In this document: in pieces, positions 1 to 9,582 of the stretch
How positions within the stretch are numbered: the first letter of the stretch is position 1
How the letters are laid out: every line of letters starts with the position of its first letter
NCBI GenBank assembly: GCA_963718875.1
Contig: OY970378.1
Span: forward strand, 477,373 to 541,372
DNA length: 64,000 nucleotides
Reading direction: 5' to 3'
Source: Candidatus Parcubacteria bacterium
Lineage (GTDB): Bacteria; Patescibacteriota; Saccharimonadia; UBA4664; JBIOIQ01
Made by a program: the position numbers and the translations under genes
Notes under the pieces: generated by a model
Told to the model about the DNA's origin: nothing
Seen by the model: the letters and a program-made list of their open reading frames with translations, nothing else
The model's database searches: none

Positions 1-810
1 GAATTAGGGCTTACTGGGTTATCGCTTCAGCTTAATAGTATTGGTGATGAAGCCTGTCGACCTCAGTATAAAAAAATCTTGGTGAGCTATTTGGAGGCGA
101 GTAAGTCGAAATTATGCGAAGTAGATCAAGCCCGGCTAAGTAAAAATCCCTTACGCGTGCTTGATTGTAAAGAACCTGGGTGCCAAGAAATTATTGCTCA
201 AGCCCCCCAAACGCTGAATCATCTATGCAAAGATTGCCAAGACCATTTTGCCAGCGTGCTGGAGTACCTTGATGCCCAAGAAGTTAGTTATGAGCTGAAT
301 CCCACTCTGGTAAGAGGTTTGGATTATTATACTCGAACGGTTTTCGAGTTTTTTGGTATGCGCGAAGGCGCGCAAAGCAGCGTTGGAGGTGGCGGCCGGT
401 ACGATGGGCTGGTTGAGTTGTTGGGAGGTCAGTCGACTCCGGCTGTTGGGTTTGGACTTGGAATTGAGCGGATTATGTTGGAGCTCAGCGCAGAGAATAG
501 CTTGTTGCCCGCTATCAATCCCGTACAGGTTTTTGTGGCTAGTCTGGGTGAACCGGCTCGTTTGGTAGCTTTTAAATTGGTAGAATCGTTGCTTGACTCT
601 GGGGTTGGAGCGGCGGGAGCGGTAGACAAAAATGGTATTGCTTCTCAGCTGGGCCGAGCGGATCGTTGGGGAGTGCCCTATGCTGTTATTATTGGACAAA
701 AAGAGGTACAGGACCGGGCAGTTATTTTGCGAGACATGGCTTCGGGAGCTCAAGAGATAGTTTTCTTAAATAAAATTGTGGGTGAGCTACAAAAACGCTT
801 TAAAACTTAA
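1..810 (+). CDS. hisS: Histidyl-tRNA synthetase, C-terminal part (5' end lies outside window)
   Basis: Frame 1 is open from base 1; NPLRVLDCK, class-II motif 3 GGGGRYDGL, then anticodon-binding domain; stop at 808-810. Confidence 0.9.
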   Translation, partial: ELGLTGLSLQLNSIGDEACRPQYKKILVSYLEASKSKLCEVDQARLSKNPLRVLDCKEPGCQEIIAQAPQTLNHLCKDCQDHFASVLEYLDAQEVSYELNPTLVRGLDYYTRTVFEFFGMREGAQSSVGGGGRYDGLVELLGGQSTPAVGFGLGIERIMLELSAENSLLPAINPVQVFVASLGEPARLVAFKLVESLLDSGVGAAGAVDKNGIASQLGRADRWGVPYAVIIGQKEVQDRAVILRDMASGAQEIVFLNKIVGELQKRFKT

Positions 811-820
811 GGGAGATGAT

Positions 821-1579
821 ATGATTTGGTTTATTTTGACCATAGTATTTCTGGTAGTGGTTTTCGGTATTCGCATCGTTCAGCAGTACGAGCGGGGGGT
901 GGTGTTTAGGTTGGGTCGTGTGCAATCTGGAGTTAAAGGGCCAGGGCTAACAGTAATTATTCCTTTGATTGATGTCATGCGTAAGGTTAGCCTGCGGATT
1001 GTAACCTTGCCTATTCAGTCCCAAAAAATTATTACCAGAGATAGCGTATCGATAGACGTGGCGGCTGTGGCATACTACCAGATTAACGATCCAACTAAGT
1101 CGATTGTAGAGATTGAAAACGTGGTATCGGCTATTTATCAGGTAGCGCAAACCACCGTTCGTAATATTGTAGGACAGTCGACGCTTGATCACGTGTTGTC
1201 CAATACGGAGGACATAAACGAATCGATTAAAAAGATTCTAGATATAACTACCGAGCGGTGGGGAGCGGTTATTAATACCGTTGAACTTAAAGACATCCAG
1301 CTGCCAGATAGCATGCAGAGAGCAATGGCCAAAGAAGCAGAGGCTGAAAGGGAGAAGCGGGCCAAAATTATTGCAGCAGATGGTGAAAAACTTAGTGCCA
1401 AGGCTTTGGGAGAAGCAGCCGATATTATCTCGGCCCATCCGGTGGCAATGCAACTAAGAAACTTACAGGTCTTAAGCGAGATTGCAGTTGAGAAGAATTC
1501 AACAATCATCTTTCCTGCCCAGCTTATGGACTCGATTAACGATGTGCGGAACTTTGTTGCTGGCGAAAAGCCTAAATAG
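821..1579 (+). CDS. SPFH/band-7 (stomatin/prohibitin-like) membrane protein
   Basis: N-terminal TM helix, SPFH-type core, Ala/Glu-rich coiled C-terminus ([17 protein letters not shown]); GGGAG RBS at 811-815 before ATG 821. Confidence 0.85.
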   Translation: MIWFILTIVFLVVVFGIRIVQQYERGVVFRLGRVQSGVKGPGLTVIIPLIDVMRKVSLRIVTLPIQSQKIITRDSVSIDVAAVAYYQINDPTKSIVEIENVVSAIYQVAQTTVRNIVGQSTLDHVLSNTEDINESIKKILDITTERWGAVINTVELKDIQLPDSMQRAMAKEAEAEREKRAKIIAADGEKLSAKALGEAADIISAHPVAMQLRNLQVLSEIAVEKNSTIIFPAQLMDSINDVRNFVAGEKPK

Positions 1580-1790
1580 GGAACAACAGATTTTGAAAGT
1601 TTTTTCGTGAATCCCTAAACCTCCAAGCATGTAAAACCTTCTTGTCATCTTCGATCGGAAGTTTTTGCCCTGGTGGGACGCTCCGGATCGGTCGATGTTT
1701 TGCTTTGACGCTAAGGTTCATTTAGCGTCAAATGATATGATTGTTTTGCTCATGCTTGCCTAGTTTTGGGGTGGTTGATACGATTGGTGC

Positions 1791-2048
1791 ATGAGTTTTT
1801 ATGACTTTTTTGTAAACTTATATAACCAGTTTTTGGCTTTGTTCCCGGAGCCATTGCAGTGGCTTATAACCTTGATTGTGGTGATAAGCCTGGTAATTGC
1901 ATTCATTAGCCTGATTCGTTCCAACTGGCTGTTTTTAATTGTTTTGATTTTGTTGCTGCCAGTGGTCTTTCCAGTGTTGCAGCGTTTCTTTGCTGATGTT
2001 TATAACTTTTTTCTGTATTTGCTCAGTTTGCTGCATTTTACGGGCTAG
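1791..2048 (+). CDS. Small hydrophobic membrane protein, unknown function
   Basis: 85-aa ORF with two to three hydrophobic helices; no recognisable motif. Confidence 0.5.
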   Translation: MSFYDFFVNLYNQFLALFPEPLQWLITLIVVISLVIAFISLIRSNWLFLIVLILLLPVVFPVLQRFFADVYNFFLYLLSLLHFTG

Positions 2049-2087
2049 CATGATTGGCGTATCTAACGAGTCTTACTCTAGGCTATC

Positions 2088-2130
2088 TTGATAATTACGA
2101 TTGACATAATTATCAAAATGCTCTTATAAT
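2088..2130 (+). promoter_or_regulatory. Near-consensus sigma70-type promoter with overlapping inverted repeat
   Basis: TTGACA 2101-2106, 18-nt spacer, TATAAT 2125-2130; 10-bp inverted repeat TTGATAATTA (2088-2097) / TAATTATCAA (2107-2116) brackets the -35. Confidence 0.65.
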
Positions 2131-2136
2131 CAGCCT

Positions 2137-2842
2137 AACCAGGTGAGGTGATCTGGTAGTCCGCAACTCGGCGGATGATTTGACTGTGGGGGTAGCTACG
2201 TGCAGTGCAGATCCAGTAAGGCTGTGATTTTAAGGCGAGCGTCCGTCAGGATCATACGACTTAGAGAGGAGCTTGATGCTATCCGGCGTGCGATTCGGGA
2301 TGTTCACCCTGGTCTCAAGATGGAAGATCTGGAGGGAATGAGTGGCAGTGAGCTACTTGAGCTTTGCGCTCTGGGCTTGATGGGTGAGCCCAGTTCACTC
2401 CGAACGGTTTATCCGGGTTGCGACCAGGAGGACTTTTCGATCACAGCTACTCGGCTCGCATGACCGCTCGCAGGGGTGGCCTTGTGCTGGTGCGAGTTGA
2501 AGGAGCGAAGGGCATTGGTTTCACGTTCCGAACCCTTGTTCCTGGCATCTGCCCGACCGACCGCATCAAGCCGGTGAGTGCACCGAGCGGGAAGCAGAAG
2601 TGGCGGCCGTGAAAGGTCAAGTCACGCTCCAGCAGGTGCGAGATCTCAGGGAAGGGCTGGTGGCGGCACTTGAGGCTGCCTTTCCAGGTTCGATGTTCTG
2701 CCACCTTTCCCTCAAAGAGCTCGCTCTTCTGGAATACGGGGACATTGACTGGCATCAGTACGTTTCCAGTCCATAAAGCATCAACGGATGCAGTCCCGCC
2801 ACCCCTGGGCTACCAAGCTCGGGGGTGGCGGGTTTCGCTTTT
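2137..2842 (+). ncRNA. G+C-rich ~700-nt transcription unit of unknown nature (structured RNA, long HIT leader or decayed foreign gene)
   Basis: Bounded by the promoter at 2101-2130 and the terminator at 2795-2842; only short overlapping ORFs in several frames and on both strands; composition visibly richer in G+C than the flanks. Confidence 0.35.
2795..2842 (+). terminator. Intrinsic terminator
   Basis: CCCGCCACCCC (2795-2805) pairs with GGGGTGGCGGG (2822-2832), followed by TTTCGCTTTT. Confidence 0.75.
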
Positions 2843-2861
2843 AATGAGTTATTATTGGGTT

Positions 2862-3212
2862 ATGAATGATTGTTTATTTTGTTCGATTGCCAATGGCGAT
2901 GTTGAAAAGTTGGTGTGGAGTAATGATGTGGCAGCGGCTTTTAATGATATTAACCCCAAGGCACCTGTACACATCCTGGTGGTGCCCAAGCAACATATTG
3001 AAAATCTCGATGAACTAGACGATCCGGGGCTCGCCGGTAAGCTTTTGATGGCAGTAAGGGAAGTGGCCGTGCAGGCGGGGGTAAAAGGGGCGTATCGCGT
3101 GCATTTGAATAACGGAGAAGCGGCTGGACAGGTTATTCCGCATCTGCATTGGCATATATTGGCGAGAAGTTCTGTAAATGAGTTGGATAAATTACGGGAT
3201 CAAGGGTTGTAA
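2862..3212 (+). CDS. HIT-family (histidine triad) nucleotide hydrolase
   Basis: MNDCLFCSIANGD start and histidine triad HLHWHIL near the C-terminus; upstream part of ORF 2670..3212 overlaps the terminator, so ATG 2862 is preferred. Confidence 0.85.
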   Translation: MNDCLFCSIANGDVEKLVWSNDVAAAFNDINPKAPVHILVVPKQHIENLDELDDPGLAGKLLMAVREVAVQAGVKGAYRVHLNNGEAAGQVIPHLHWHILARSSVNELDKLRDQGL

Positions 3213-3232
3213 GCTCAAAACGATCGTTTTTA

Positions 3233-3261
3233 TTGACCTTATGTGGATTCTAGCTTAGTAT
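3233..3261 (+). promoter_or_regulatory. Sigma70-type promoter
   Basis: TTGACC 3233-3238, 17-nt spacer, TAGTAT 3256-3261. Confidence 0.55.
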
Positions 3262-3267
3262 ATTTCT

Positions 3268-3606
3268 TGCTTTACAACTCAACCGAACCAGGGGGTCTTC
3301 GCTGTGTCAGGCAGAATCGACCGGCCAAGAAGCGGCAAGCATGCGGCGCACGATTCTACGAGGCATTACCGCAACTGGAGAGCTCTTCCCGATCAGGGTT
3401 CGGAAGCATCGACAGCTTCTGAGCTACAGAGTGGAGGTTCTTCGTCAACACCGGCGGTCCGTATTGACCGGAGGCGGTCTCTGAGCGCACTTCTGTCACC
3501 GCAACAGCTTCGTCGGCTTTCGTCGTAACCAACAACAGCCTGGGTTCTCGAGCTTTTGCCACCTGGCCTGCACGAAGTTGTGTGGGTCAGGTGGCTGTTC
3601 TTTTTT
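3268..3606 (+). ncRNA. G+C-rich ~340-nt candidate structured RNA, unclassified
   Basis: Promoter at 3233-3261; terminator GCCACCTG (3558-3565) / CAGGTGGC (3588-3595) plus T6 at 3601-3606; local hairpins (AGAATCG..CGATTCT, GAAGC..GCTTC) and a long-range GAACCAGG/CCTGGGTTC pairing; ORFs in both strands are Arg/Ser-rich and look like junk. Confidence 0.4.
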
Positions 3607-3705
3607 AGGTTGATTGAACGCATGTTTTGTTGTAAAATGCTTTAGTCGTAAGAGCATTGTCTCTTGGAAGCCATATAATAACTAATATGGCTTTATATCA
3701 CACTT

Positions 3706-3936
3706 TTGAAGGAGGTGATTGTATTGTTGCAAGTAGTCCGCAAGGATGAAAAAGAGTCTCTAGAAAATCTAATTCGCCGCTTTAATAAAAAAGTTCAGCA
3801 ATCGGGAATTCTAGGTATAGCTCGTCGTAAAAAATATTTTGAGAAGCCTTTAAGTAAGCGTGAACAGCGCGAAATTGCCATTCGCAAATCTGCCCGTAAG
3901 GAGCTTAAAGCTAAACAATATTTGGGTGTAAAATAA
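3706..3936 (+). CDS. rpsU: 30S ribosomal protein S21
   Basis: Basic 70-76 aa protein ..ESLENLIRRFNKKVQQSGI..; GGAGG at 3711-3715 suggests the true start is TTG 3724/3727 rather than 3706. Confidence 0.85.
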   Translation: MKEVIVLLQVVRKDEKESLENLIRRFNKKVQQSGILGIARRKKYFEKPLSKREQREIAIRKSARKELKAKQYLGVK

Positions 3937-4379
3937 TGTCATTATTTTCGCAAATTGAATCCGATCTCGTAACGGCTATGAAGGAGCATAATGAAGCTCG
4001 CACGGCCGTTTTGCGCTTGCTAAAAAATGCGCTCAAGAACGAAGAAATTAAGTTGCGCCGTGAACTTACGCCCGAGGAGTCATTAAAAATACTCCAGCGC
4101 GAATCAAAGCAGCGCCGTGATTCAATTACGGCTTATGAACAAGGAGGTAGGGTGGATTTGGCTGATGAAGAAAAGGCCGAACTTGTAGTAATATCGTCGT
4201 ATTTGCCCACCCTAATGAGTGAAGAAGAATTGAATACAATTATTGCTCAAGTAGTAAACGAAACCGGTGCACAGAGCATGAATCAAATGGGTGAGGTGAT
4301 TGGTAAGGTTATGGCTATAACGGCCGGCAAAGCCGAGGGTGGAACTGTATCACGCCTGGTAAAGCAAAAACTTGGCTAG
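3936..4379 (+). CDS. yqeY: GatB/YqeY domain protein
   Basis: 147 aa, typical YqeY start (..DLVTAMKEHNEARTAVLRLLKNALKNEEI..); rpsU-yqeY adjacency as in Firmicutes. Confidence 0.8.
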   Translation: MSLFSQIESDLVTAMKEHNEARTAVLRLLKNALKNEEIKLRRELTPEESLKILQRESKQRRDSITAYEQGGRVDLADEEKAELVVISSYLPTLMSEEELNTIIAQVVNETGAQSMNQMGEVIGKVMAITAGKAEGGTVSRLVKQKLG

Positions 4380-4857
4380 TTTAGAGCTTATTGTCGTGGG
4401 CGAAATTCCTGCTGCACTTGAATTAACGCCTACCTATGTAGTTATAAAACTGCTTAATGAAATAGCAGCCGAACGGCATCTAAGCGGGGTAATTAATCTC
4501 AAGCTAGTTGACGACAAGACTATACAAGCATTAAATGATACATATAGCGGTAATGATTACGCTACTGATGTATTAACTTTTAGCTATATTGAAAGTATGG
4601 AAAGTAAAAACCAAGTGCTAAATCATGAACCAGATGAACTGGGGGATATGCTAATAAGCATCGAGACGGCTCAGCGACAGGCGGATGTGGCCGGTACAAC
4701 TTTAGCCGATGAGCTGGCTACCCTGGTTTTACATGGAGTGTTGCATATATTTGGGTATGACCATGCTGAACCTAGAGATAGAGAGGCTATGGATTTACTC
4801 CAATCAGAGTTGCTCCAGCAAGCTAACGTAACTTATAGGAATTTTAATTGGGCCTAA
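4372..4857 (+). CDS. ybeY: rRNA maturation endoribonuclease YbeY
   Basis: Metal-binding motif HGVLHIFGYDH; TTG start overlapping the upstream stop. Confidence 0.85.
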   Translation: MASLELIVVGEIPAALELTPTYVVIKLLNEIAAERHLSGVINLKLVDDKTIQALNDTYSGNDYATDVLTFSYIESMESKNQVLNHEPDELGDMLISIETAQRQADVAGTTLADELATLVLHGVLHIFGYDHAEPRDREAMDLLQSELLQQANVTYRNFNWA

Positions 4858-5234
4858 GTCGTTTAGTTAAAGGCTTTAAGTATGCTTTTATAGGCTTGGG
4901 GAATATTTTGCGCACCGAGCAGAATGCTCGGGTTCATTTGGCGATTGCCGTAATTGTGCTGGCGTTAGGTTTTGCGTTTGGAATAAGTCCGGCCGAGCTA
5001 GCAGCTATATTCTTTGCTATTATTATTGTTTTTGTAGCGGAAGTTCTTAATACGGCCATTGAAAAAACACTTGATTTAATTGAGCCTGAGCACAACGGTA
5101 AGGTGGCAATTATCAAGGACATGGCAGCTGGTGCTGTTCTTGTGGCAGCTGGTGGAGCGATTATTATTGGTGCAGTTATCTTTTGGCCATATATACTGCC
5201 ATTTACGTTTGGAGCATCATGGCTGCCCCTGTAA
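4848..5234 (+). CDS. dgkA: Diacylglycerol/undecaprenol kinase (DagK family)
   Basis: 128 aa, three TM helices, E..LNTAIE motif; conserved ybeY-dgkA order. Confidence 0.8.
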   Translation: MGLSRLVKGFKYAFIGLGNILRTEQNARVHLAIAVIVLALGFAFGISPAELAAIFFAIIIVFVAEVLNTAIEKTLDLIEPEHNGKVAIIKDMAAGAVLVAAGGAIIIGAVIFWPYILPFTFGASWLPL

Positions 5235-5758
5235 TTATTGTTTTAGGTCCTCCTGGAGCTGGCAAGGGTACGCAATGTATACTTCTGGCTGATAGACTCG
5301 GTGCTGTGCATTTATCTAGCGGCGAAATACTACGCAAAAGTAAGGATCCATTGGTGCTGGACCGCCTTGCGTCAGGCAAGTTGATGCTTGTAAACCTATT
5401 TCGCCGAGCAGTTGAAGAAGCCTTGAATCAAATCCCTGATTCACAGCCAATCATATTGGATGGAGTTGGGCGTATGAGAAGTGAGGTTAAGTGGCTGTTG
5501 CGGCAATTACAACAACGAAAGCGGTCAATTAAAGCTGTAATAAACTTAGTCGTTGGGCAGAATGAGGCTTTGAAGCGTAATGCGGTACGGGGGCGTTTAG
5601 ATGACAATGCCGAGGTCCAAGGTGAGAGATGGAGAGAATATAATCGTCATATGCTGCAAACTATGGAGGTCTATCGACAACAAGGGTTATTGAGGGATGT
5701 GGACGGCATGGGTAGTGTCGAAGAGGTGGCCGAAAGAGTTCGGAGGGAGTTGGGTTGA
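5219..5758 (+). CDS. adk: Adenylate kinase (short, divergent)
   Basis: P-loop GPPGAGKGTQ immediately after ATG 5219 (GGAG at 5211); ORF track start 5183 overlaps dgkA. Confidence 0.8.
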   Translation: MAAPVIIVLGPPGAGKGTQCILLADRLGAVHLSSGEILRKSKDPLVLDRLASGKLMLVNLFRRAVEEALNQIPDSQPIILDGVGRMRSEVKWLLRQLQQRKRSIKAVINLVVGQNEALKRNAVRGRLDDNAEVQGERWREYNRHMLQTMEVYRQQGLLRDVDGMGSVEEVAERVRRELG

Positions 5759-6519
5759 AACCTAAAACGGCACAGGAAATCGTCAATATTCGTGAGAGCG
5801 GAAGCATATTAGCAACAATATTAAAGTTCCTAAAGAGTCAGGCTGTTGTGGGTATTACAACAGGTGAGCTGGCTGATATAGCATCAAGTGAACTTGAAAA
5901 GTACGGTGCGAGTTCGCCGTTTTTGCATTATGGCGCAGGTAGAGGTATACCACCATTTCCTAGTGTTATCTGCATATCTTTGAATGATGAAGTGGTTCAT
6001 GGCATACCTGGGGAACGGGAAATAAACTCAGGCGACATTGTCAGTTTAGATTTTGGCGTCAATTACAGCGGTATGATTACCGATAGCGCGGTTAGTTTTG
6101 GCGTGGGGAAGGTTCCGGCTGATGTGAAGCGCTTGTTGAGGGCTACATCTGACTCTTTGATGGAAGGGATTATGCAGGTTCGGGCTGGTGCAAGAGTTGG
6201 AGATATTTCGGCTGCGGTGGAAACTAGATTGCGTCAGGACAAGCTGGGTGTGGTAGAAGATTTGGCTGGTCATGGTGTGGGCCATTCATTACACGAGGAG
6301 CCTTGGATCCCCAATTTTGGGAAGGCTGGTAAAGGGATGAAGCTTAAAGCTGGCATGACCATTGCCATAGAGCCAATGGCTACTTTGGGTCGAAAGGATG
6401 TTTTGTGGGGGATGGATGGATGGACCATTACTACCTTGGATGGTTCGTTGGCGGCGCATTTTGAGCATTCAATTTTAGTAACGGACGAGGGTTATGAGGT
6501 CCTAACCGAGTGGAAGTAA
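5755..6519 (+). CDS. map: Methionine aminopeptidase type I
   Basis: VVHGIPG, D..G....G...D, GHGVGHSLHEEP metal-ligand motifs. Confidence 0.9.
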   Translation: MKPKTAQEIVNIRESGSILATILKFLKSQAVVGITTGELADIASSELEKYGASSPFLHYGAGRGIPPFPSVICISLNDEVVHGIPGEREINSGDIVSLDFGVNYSGMITDSAVSFGVGKVPADVKRLLRATSDSLMEGIMQVRAGARVGDISAAVETRLRQDKLGVVEDLAGHGVGHSLHEEPWIPNFGKAGKGMKLKAGMTIAIEPMATLGRKDVLWGMDGWTITTLDGSLAAHFEHSILVTDEGYEVLTEWK

Positions 6520-6623
6520 GTCAAAAGGTTTGATTAAAAGAAGTGCTATACTAGAAAAGCTTTAAAGGCTGTGCTTTTAGGGCATAAGCGTTATGATATA
6601 ATAAACTTAAGAAAAAAATTATT

Positions 6624-7859
6624 ATGGCAGCTAAACCGCAGGAACAAACCTACATAGGCCTTGATATAGGCAGCACAAAAGTGTGTTGTATTGTTGGTTT
6701 ACACGAAGAAGGCTCACCAACGCCTAGTGTTATTGGTGTGGGTATTGCACCTACTAACGGTATGCGGCGTGGCGTGGTTGTAGATATTGAAGAAACGGTC
6801 AGCTCTATAACAGCGGCGGTTGATGAAGCCGAGCGTATTTCGGGTATTGCGATTGATCGGGCTACTATAAGTATTGATGGTGCAAATGTTACCAGTATGA
6901 ACTCCAAAGGAGTAATAGCTGTAGGGAGGGCTGATCAAGAGATTACAGTAGAGGATTTACACCGGGCCGAAGAAGCGGCTACGGCGGTGCATTTGCCTCC
7001 TAATCGAGAAATTTTACAAGTATTTCCGCGGAGTTATACCGTAGACGGCCAAGTAAACATTAAGGACCCAGTTGGTATGAATGGGGTGCGACTTGAGGTT
7101 GAAACTCATATTATTACTGGAGCTACACCGGCGATAAAAAATCTTAACAGAAGTATTTACCAAGCGGGGATAGACATTGAAGGTCAGGTGTTAGTGCCAC
7201 TCGCCGCTGCACGGGCCGTGTTATCGAAACGCCAAAAAGAGCTTGGCGTGGCTTTGGTTGACATTGGAGGCGGTACCACGGGAGTAGCGGTTTATGAAGA
7301 GGGCGACGTGCTGTACAGTAGTGTTTTGCCGGTTGGTTCGTCTCATATTACTAATGATTTGGCTATAGGGCTAAGGACAAACGTTGATATTGCGGAAAAA
7401 ATTAAGCTTCGATATGCCAAGGCTGATCATCACAAATCAGGTGGTACTGAAAAAATTAGGATCGAAGAGCTTGAAGGGGATGAAGTGTTAGTTAGTCGGA
7501 GGGAGCTTAATAAAATTGTTGGTGCCCGGCTTGACGAGATATTTCAAATGGTGAGGGCGGAATTGCGCCAGGCTTCAAAGGATGTAATGTTACCGGCCGG
7601 AATCGTGCTCACGGGTGGAGGGGCCAAGCTAGAGGGGATAGAGGAATACGCACGAGAATCGCTTAAGCTGCCTGTGATTATAGGCAAGCCTGAAGGGCTG
7701 TCTGGAATGATTGATAAGATTAGTGATCCGGCTTTTGCTGCGCCTGTAGGTTTAATGCTCGAGAATATTGGCTATACTGGGTCTACCGACCGGACTAATG
7801 CCAAACTTGGCGCAACGGTCGATAAGATTAAACAGACTTTGCGCAATCTACTGCCATAA
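6624..7859 (+). CDS. ftsA: Cell division protein FtsA
   Basis: Actin-fold phosphate motifs GLDIGSTKV and DIGGGTTG; sits immediately upstream of ftsZ. Confidence 0.9.
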   Translation: MAAKPQEQTYIGLDIGSTKVCCIVGLHEEGSPTPSVIGVGIAPTNGMRRGVVVDIEETVSSITAAVDEAERISGIAIDRATISIDGANVTSMNSKGVIAVGRADQEITVEDLHRAEEAATAVHLPPNREILQVFPRSYTVDGQVNIKDPVGMNGVRLEVETHIITGATPAIKNLNRSIYQAGIDIEGQVLVPLAAARAVLSKRQKELGVALVDIGGGTTGVAVYEEGDVLYSSVLPVGSSHITNDLAIGLRTNVDIAEKIKLRYAKADHHKSGGTEKIRIEELEGDEVLVSRRELNKIVGARLDEIFQMVRAELRQASKDVMLPAGIVLTGGGAKLEGIEEYARESLKLPVIIGKPEGLSGMIDKISDPAFAAPVGLMLENIGYTGSTDRTNAKLGATVDKIKQTLRNLLP

Positions 7860-7993
7860 TATTTTTACATCTGATAATAAAATTAGTTTCAAAAAACAAA
7901 CATTGGCTTTTTTCTTTTCCCAATGCTAAAAAACATATTTTTTGAATAAAAAATATGTTCAGAAAATTTATAAAATAAAACTGAATAAACTAT

Positions 7994-8022
7994 TTGCATT
8001 ATTGTAACGCTAGTCATATACT
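7994..8022 (+). promoter_or_regulatory. Putative ftsZ promoter
   Basis: TTGCAT 7994-7999, 17-nt spacer, TATACT 8017-8022, at the end of a very AT-rich spacer containing palindromes. Confidence 0.5.
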
Positions 8023-8099
8023 GGTGATTGTACTTTTGACGCTTGTATTAAGCGATGTCCAGTCAAACTAAGTACTTGTGGTAAGGAGCCCTCACGTTT

Positions 8100-9416
8100 A
8101 TGGCGGAAATACTTCCAGAAGTCGAGACTTTTGCTCGAATCAAGGTGATCGGTGTTGGTGGCGGTGGTGGAGCCGCTGTCGAACGAATGATAAAGAGCAA
8201 GGTACAAGGCATAGAGTTCGTGGCCGTGAATACAGACGCGCAAGCTTTGCATTATTCACACGCACAAAGAAAGCTTAATATTGGGAAGCAAACAACCCGC
8301 GGGTTGGGAGCCGGAGCAGATCCAGAAGTTGGTCGAAAAGCAGCCGAAGAGAGCGAGAATGAAATTGCCGAGCTGCTCAAAGGTGCCGATATGGTTTTTA
8401 TTACAATTGGTGCTGGCGGTGGTACCGGTACCGGGGCGGCTCCTATAATTGCAGCAACAGCTCGTGAAACTGGGGCTTTAGTTGTTGGTATAGCTACTAA
8501 GCCATTTACCTTTGAAGGTGAGCGTCGTAGGCGTATTGCAGATGCTGGTATTATTGAGCTTAAAGACAATGTTGATACGCTAATAACAATTCCTAATGAT
8601 CGATTGTTGCAGATGATTGACCGAAAAACGTCGCTTTTGGACGCATTTAGTGTGGTTGATGAAGTTTTGCAACAAGGTGTACAAGGTATATCAGATCTTA
8701 TAACCATTAATGGGTTAATAAACTTAGACTTTGCTGATGTCAAAGCTATTATGCATAATGCGGGTTCGGCATTAATGGGAATCGGCCGTGCCTCTGGAGA
8801 CAATCGAGCGATTGAGGCTGCTCGTCAAGCTATCGATTCTCCTTTACTAGAAGTATCTATTGATGGCGCCAAAGGTGTCTTACTTAATATTACGGGTGGT
8901 CGTAATATGACCATGCATGAGATTGATGAGGCAGCTAAAACAATTACTGGCGCCGTTGATCCTGATGCCAATATTATTTTTGGAGCTGTTCTTGACGAGT
9001 CGTTGGATGATGATATAAAAATTACGGTAGTGGCAACCGGTTTTGAAAATAAGCCCCGTGAAAGGCTTGATCACCATCGAGTTCCTGAGCAAGAACCCGA
9101 ACCCGAGGTCTACACGAGTCCCGTGCTGGCGGAAAACCGTAAGCCCTTTATTGACGAACGCCCCCGCTTTAGTGAGCCGGATGAGGTTGTGGACGAGCCA
9201 GTCATTAGCCCAAGAACAGTTAGCCCACTTGGTAGCATTGAACCAGAGCCCGAAAATTACGATGAGCCGGATAGCTTTTTAAATGATACTCCTCGTCGAA
9301 TGCTGGAAGGGCCTATGATTGAAAAGGCTGAAGAACCCGCTGCTACGGCTAACCGTGATATACCTAGTGATGATGATTTAGATATACCTGCCTTTATTCG
9401 CCGCAAGGTTGAGTGA
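8100..9416 (+). CDS. ftsZ: Cell division protein FtsZ
   Basis: Tubulin signature [10 protein letters not shown]; long acidic/Pro-rich linker; C-terminal peptide [12 protein letters not shown]. Confidence 0.95.
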   Translation: MAEILPEVETFARIKVIGVGGGGGAAVERMIKSKVQGIEFVAVNTDAQALHYSHAQRKLNIGKQTTRGLGAGADPEVGRKAAEESENEIAELLKGADMVFITIGAGGGTGTGAAPIIAATARETGALVVGIATKPFTFEGERRRRIADAGIIELKDNVDTLITIPNDRLLQMIDRKTSLLDAFSVVDEVLQQGVQGISDLITINGLINLDFADVKAIMHNAGSALMGIGRASGDNRAIEAARQAIDSPLLEVSIDGAKGVLLNITGGRNMTMHEIDEAAKTITGAVDPDANIIFGAVLDESLDDDIKITVVATGFENKPRERLDHHRVPEQEPEPEVYTSPVLAENRKPFIDERPRFSEPDEVVDEPVISPRTVSPLGSIEPEPENYDEPDSFLNDTPRRMLEGPMIEKAEEPAATANRDIPSDDDLDIPAFIRRKVE

Positions 9417-9423
9417 TAGACGC

Positions 9424-9530
9424 TTTCTAAGTGCGCTCTACAGGATCACTCCTGCGGCTATGCACTCCGCGTACCTAGTGTACGTCTCGCTTGCGTTGCT
9501 CGTCGTTCTTTGCAGTGCATCACTTAGAAA
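9424..9530. repeat. Imperfect palindromic intergenic repeat, family copy R1
   Basis: Outer arms TTTCTAAGTG / CACTTAGAAA; core GCACTCCGCGTAC..GTACGTCTCGCTTGCGTTGCTCG resembles the copies at 10201, 51167 and 55492. Confidence 0.7.
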
Positions 9531-9582
9531 TCCTCTATGAAGATTGCTTGCTCTTTTGTTCGCCAAGGGTGTTCATCTTTTT

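Noticed and set aside
223-753. 176-aa minus-strand ORF and other short ORFs inside hisS
   Set aside because: It is fully antisense to a confidently identified gene and has a low-complexity translation.
2137-3606. Assigning the G+C-rich RNA candidates to RNase P RNA, tmRNA, SRP RNA, 6S RNA or a group II intron
   Set aside because: I looked for the diagnostic motifs: GAGGAAAGTCC and ACAGAA..GGCTTA for RNase P; a GGGG..GGATTCGAC 5' end with a T-arm/CCA 3' end for tmRNA; GTCAGGTCCGGAAGGAAGCAGC for SRP; GTGCG plus domain V for group II introns. I found only weak partial resemblances, so no family call is justified.
8252-8803. 183-aa minus-strand ORF inside ftsZ
   Set aside because: It is antisense to ftsZ and has a Ser/Pro/Ala-rich junk translation.
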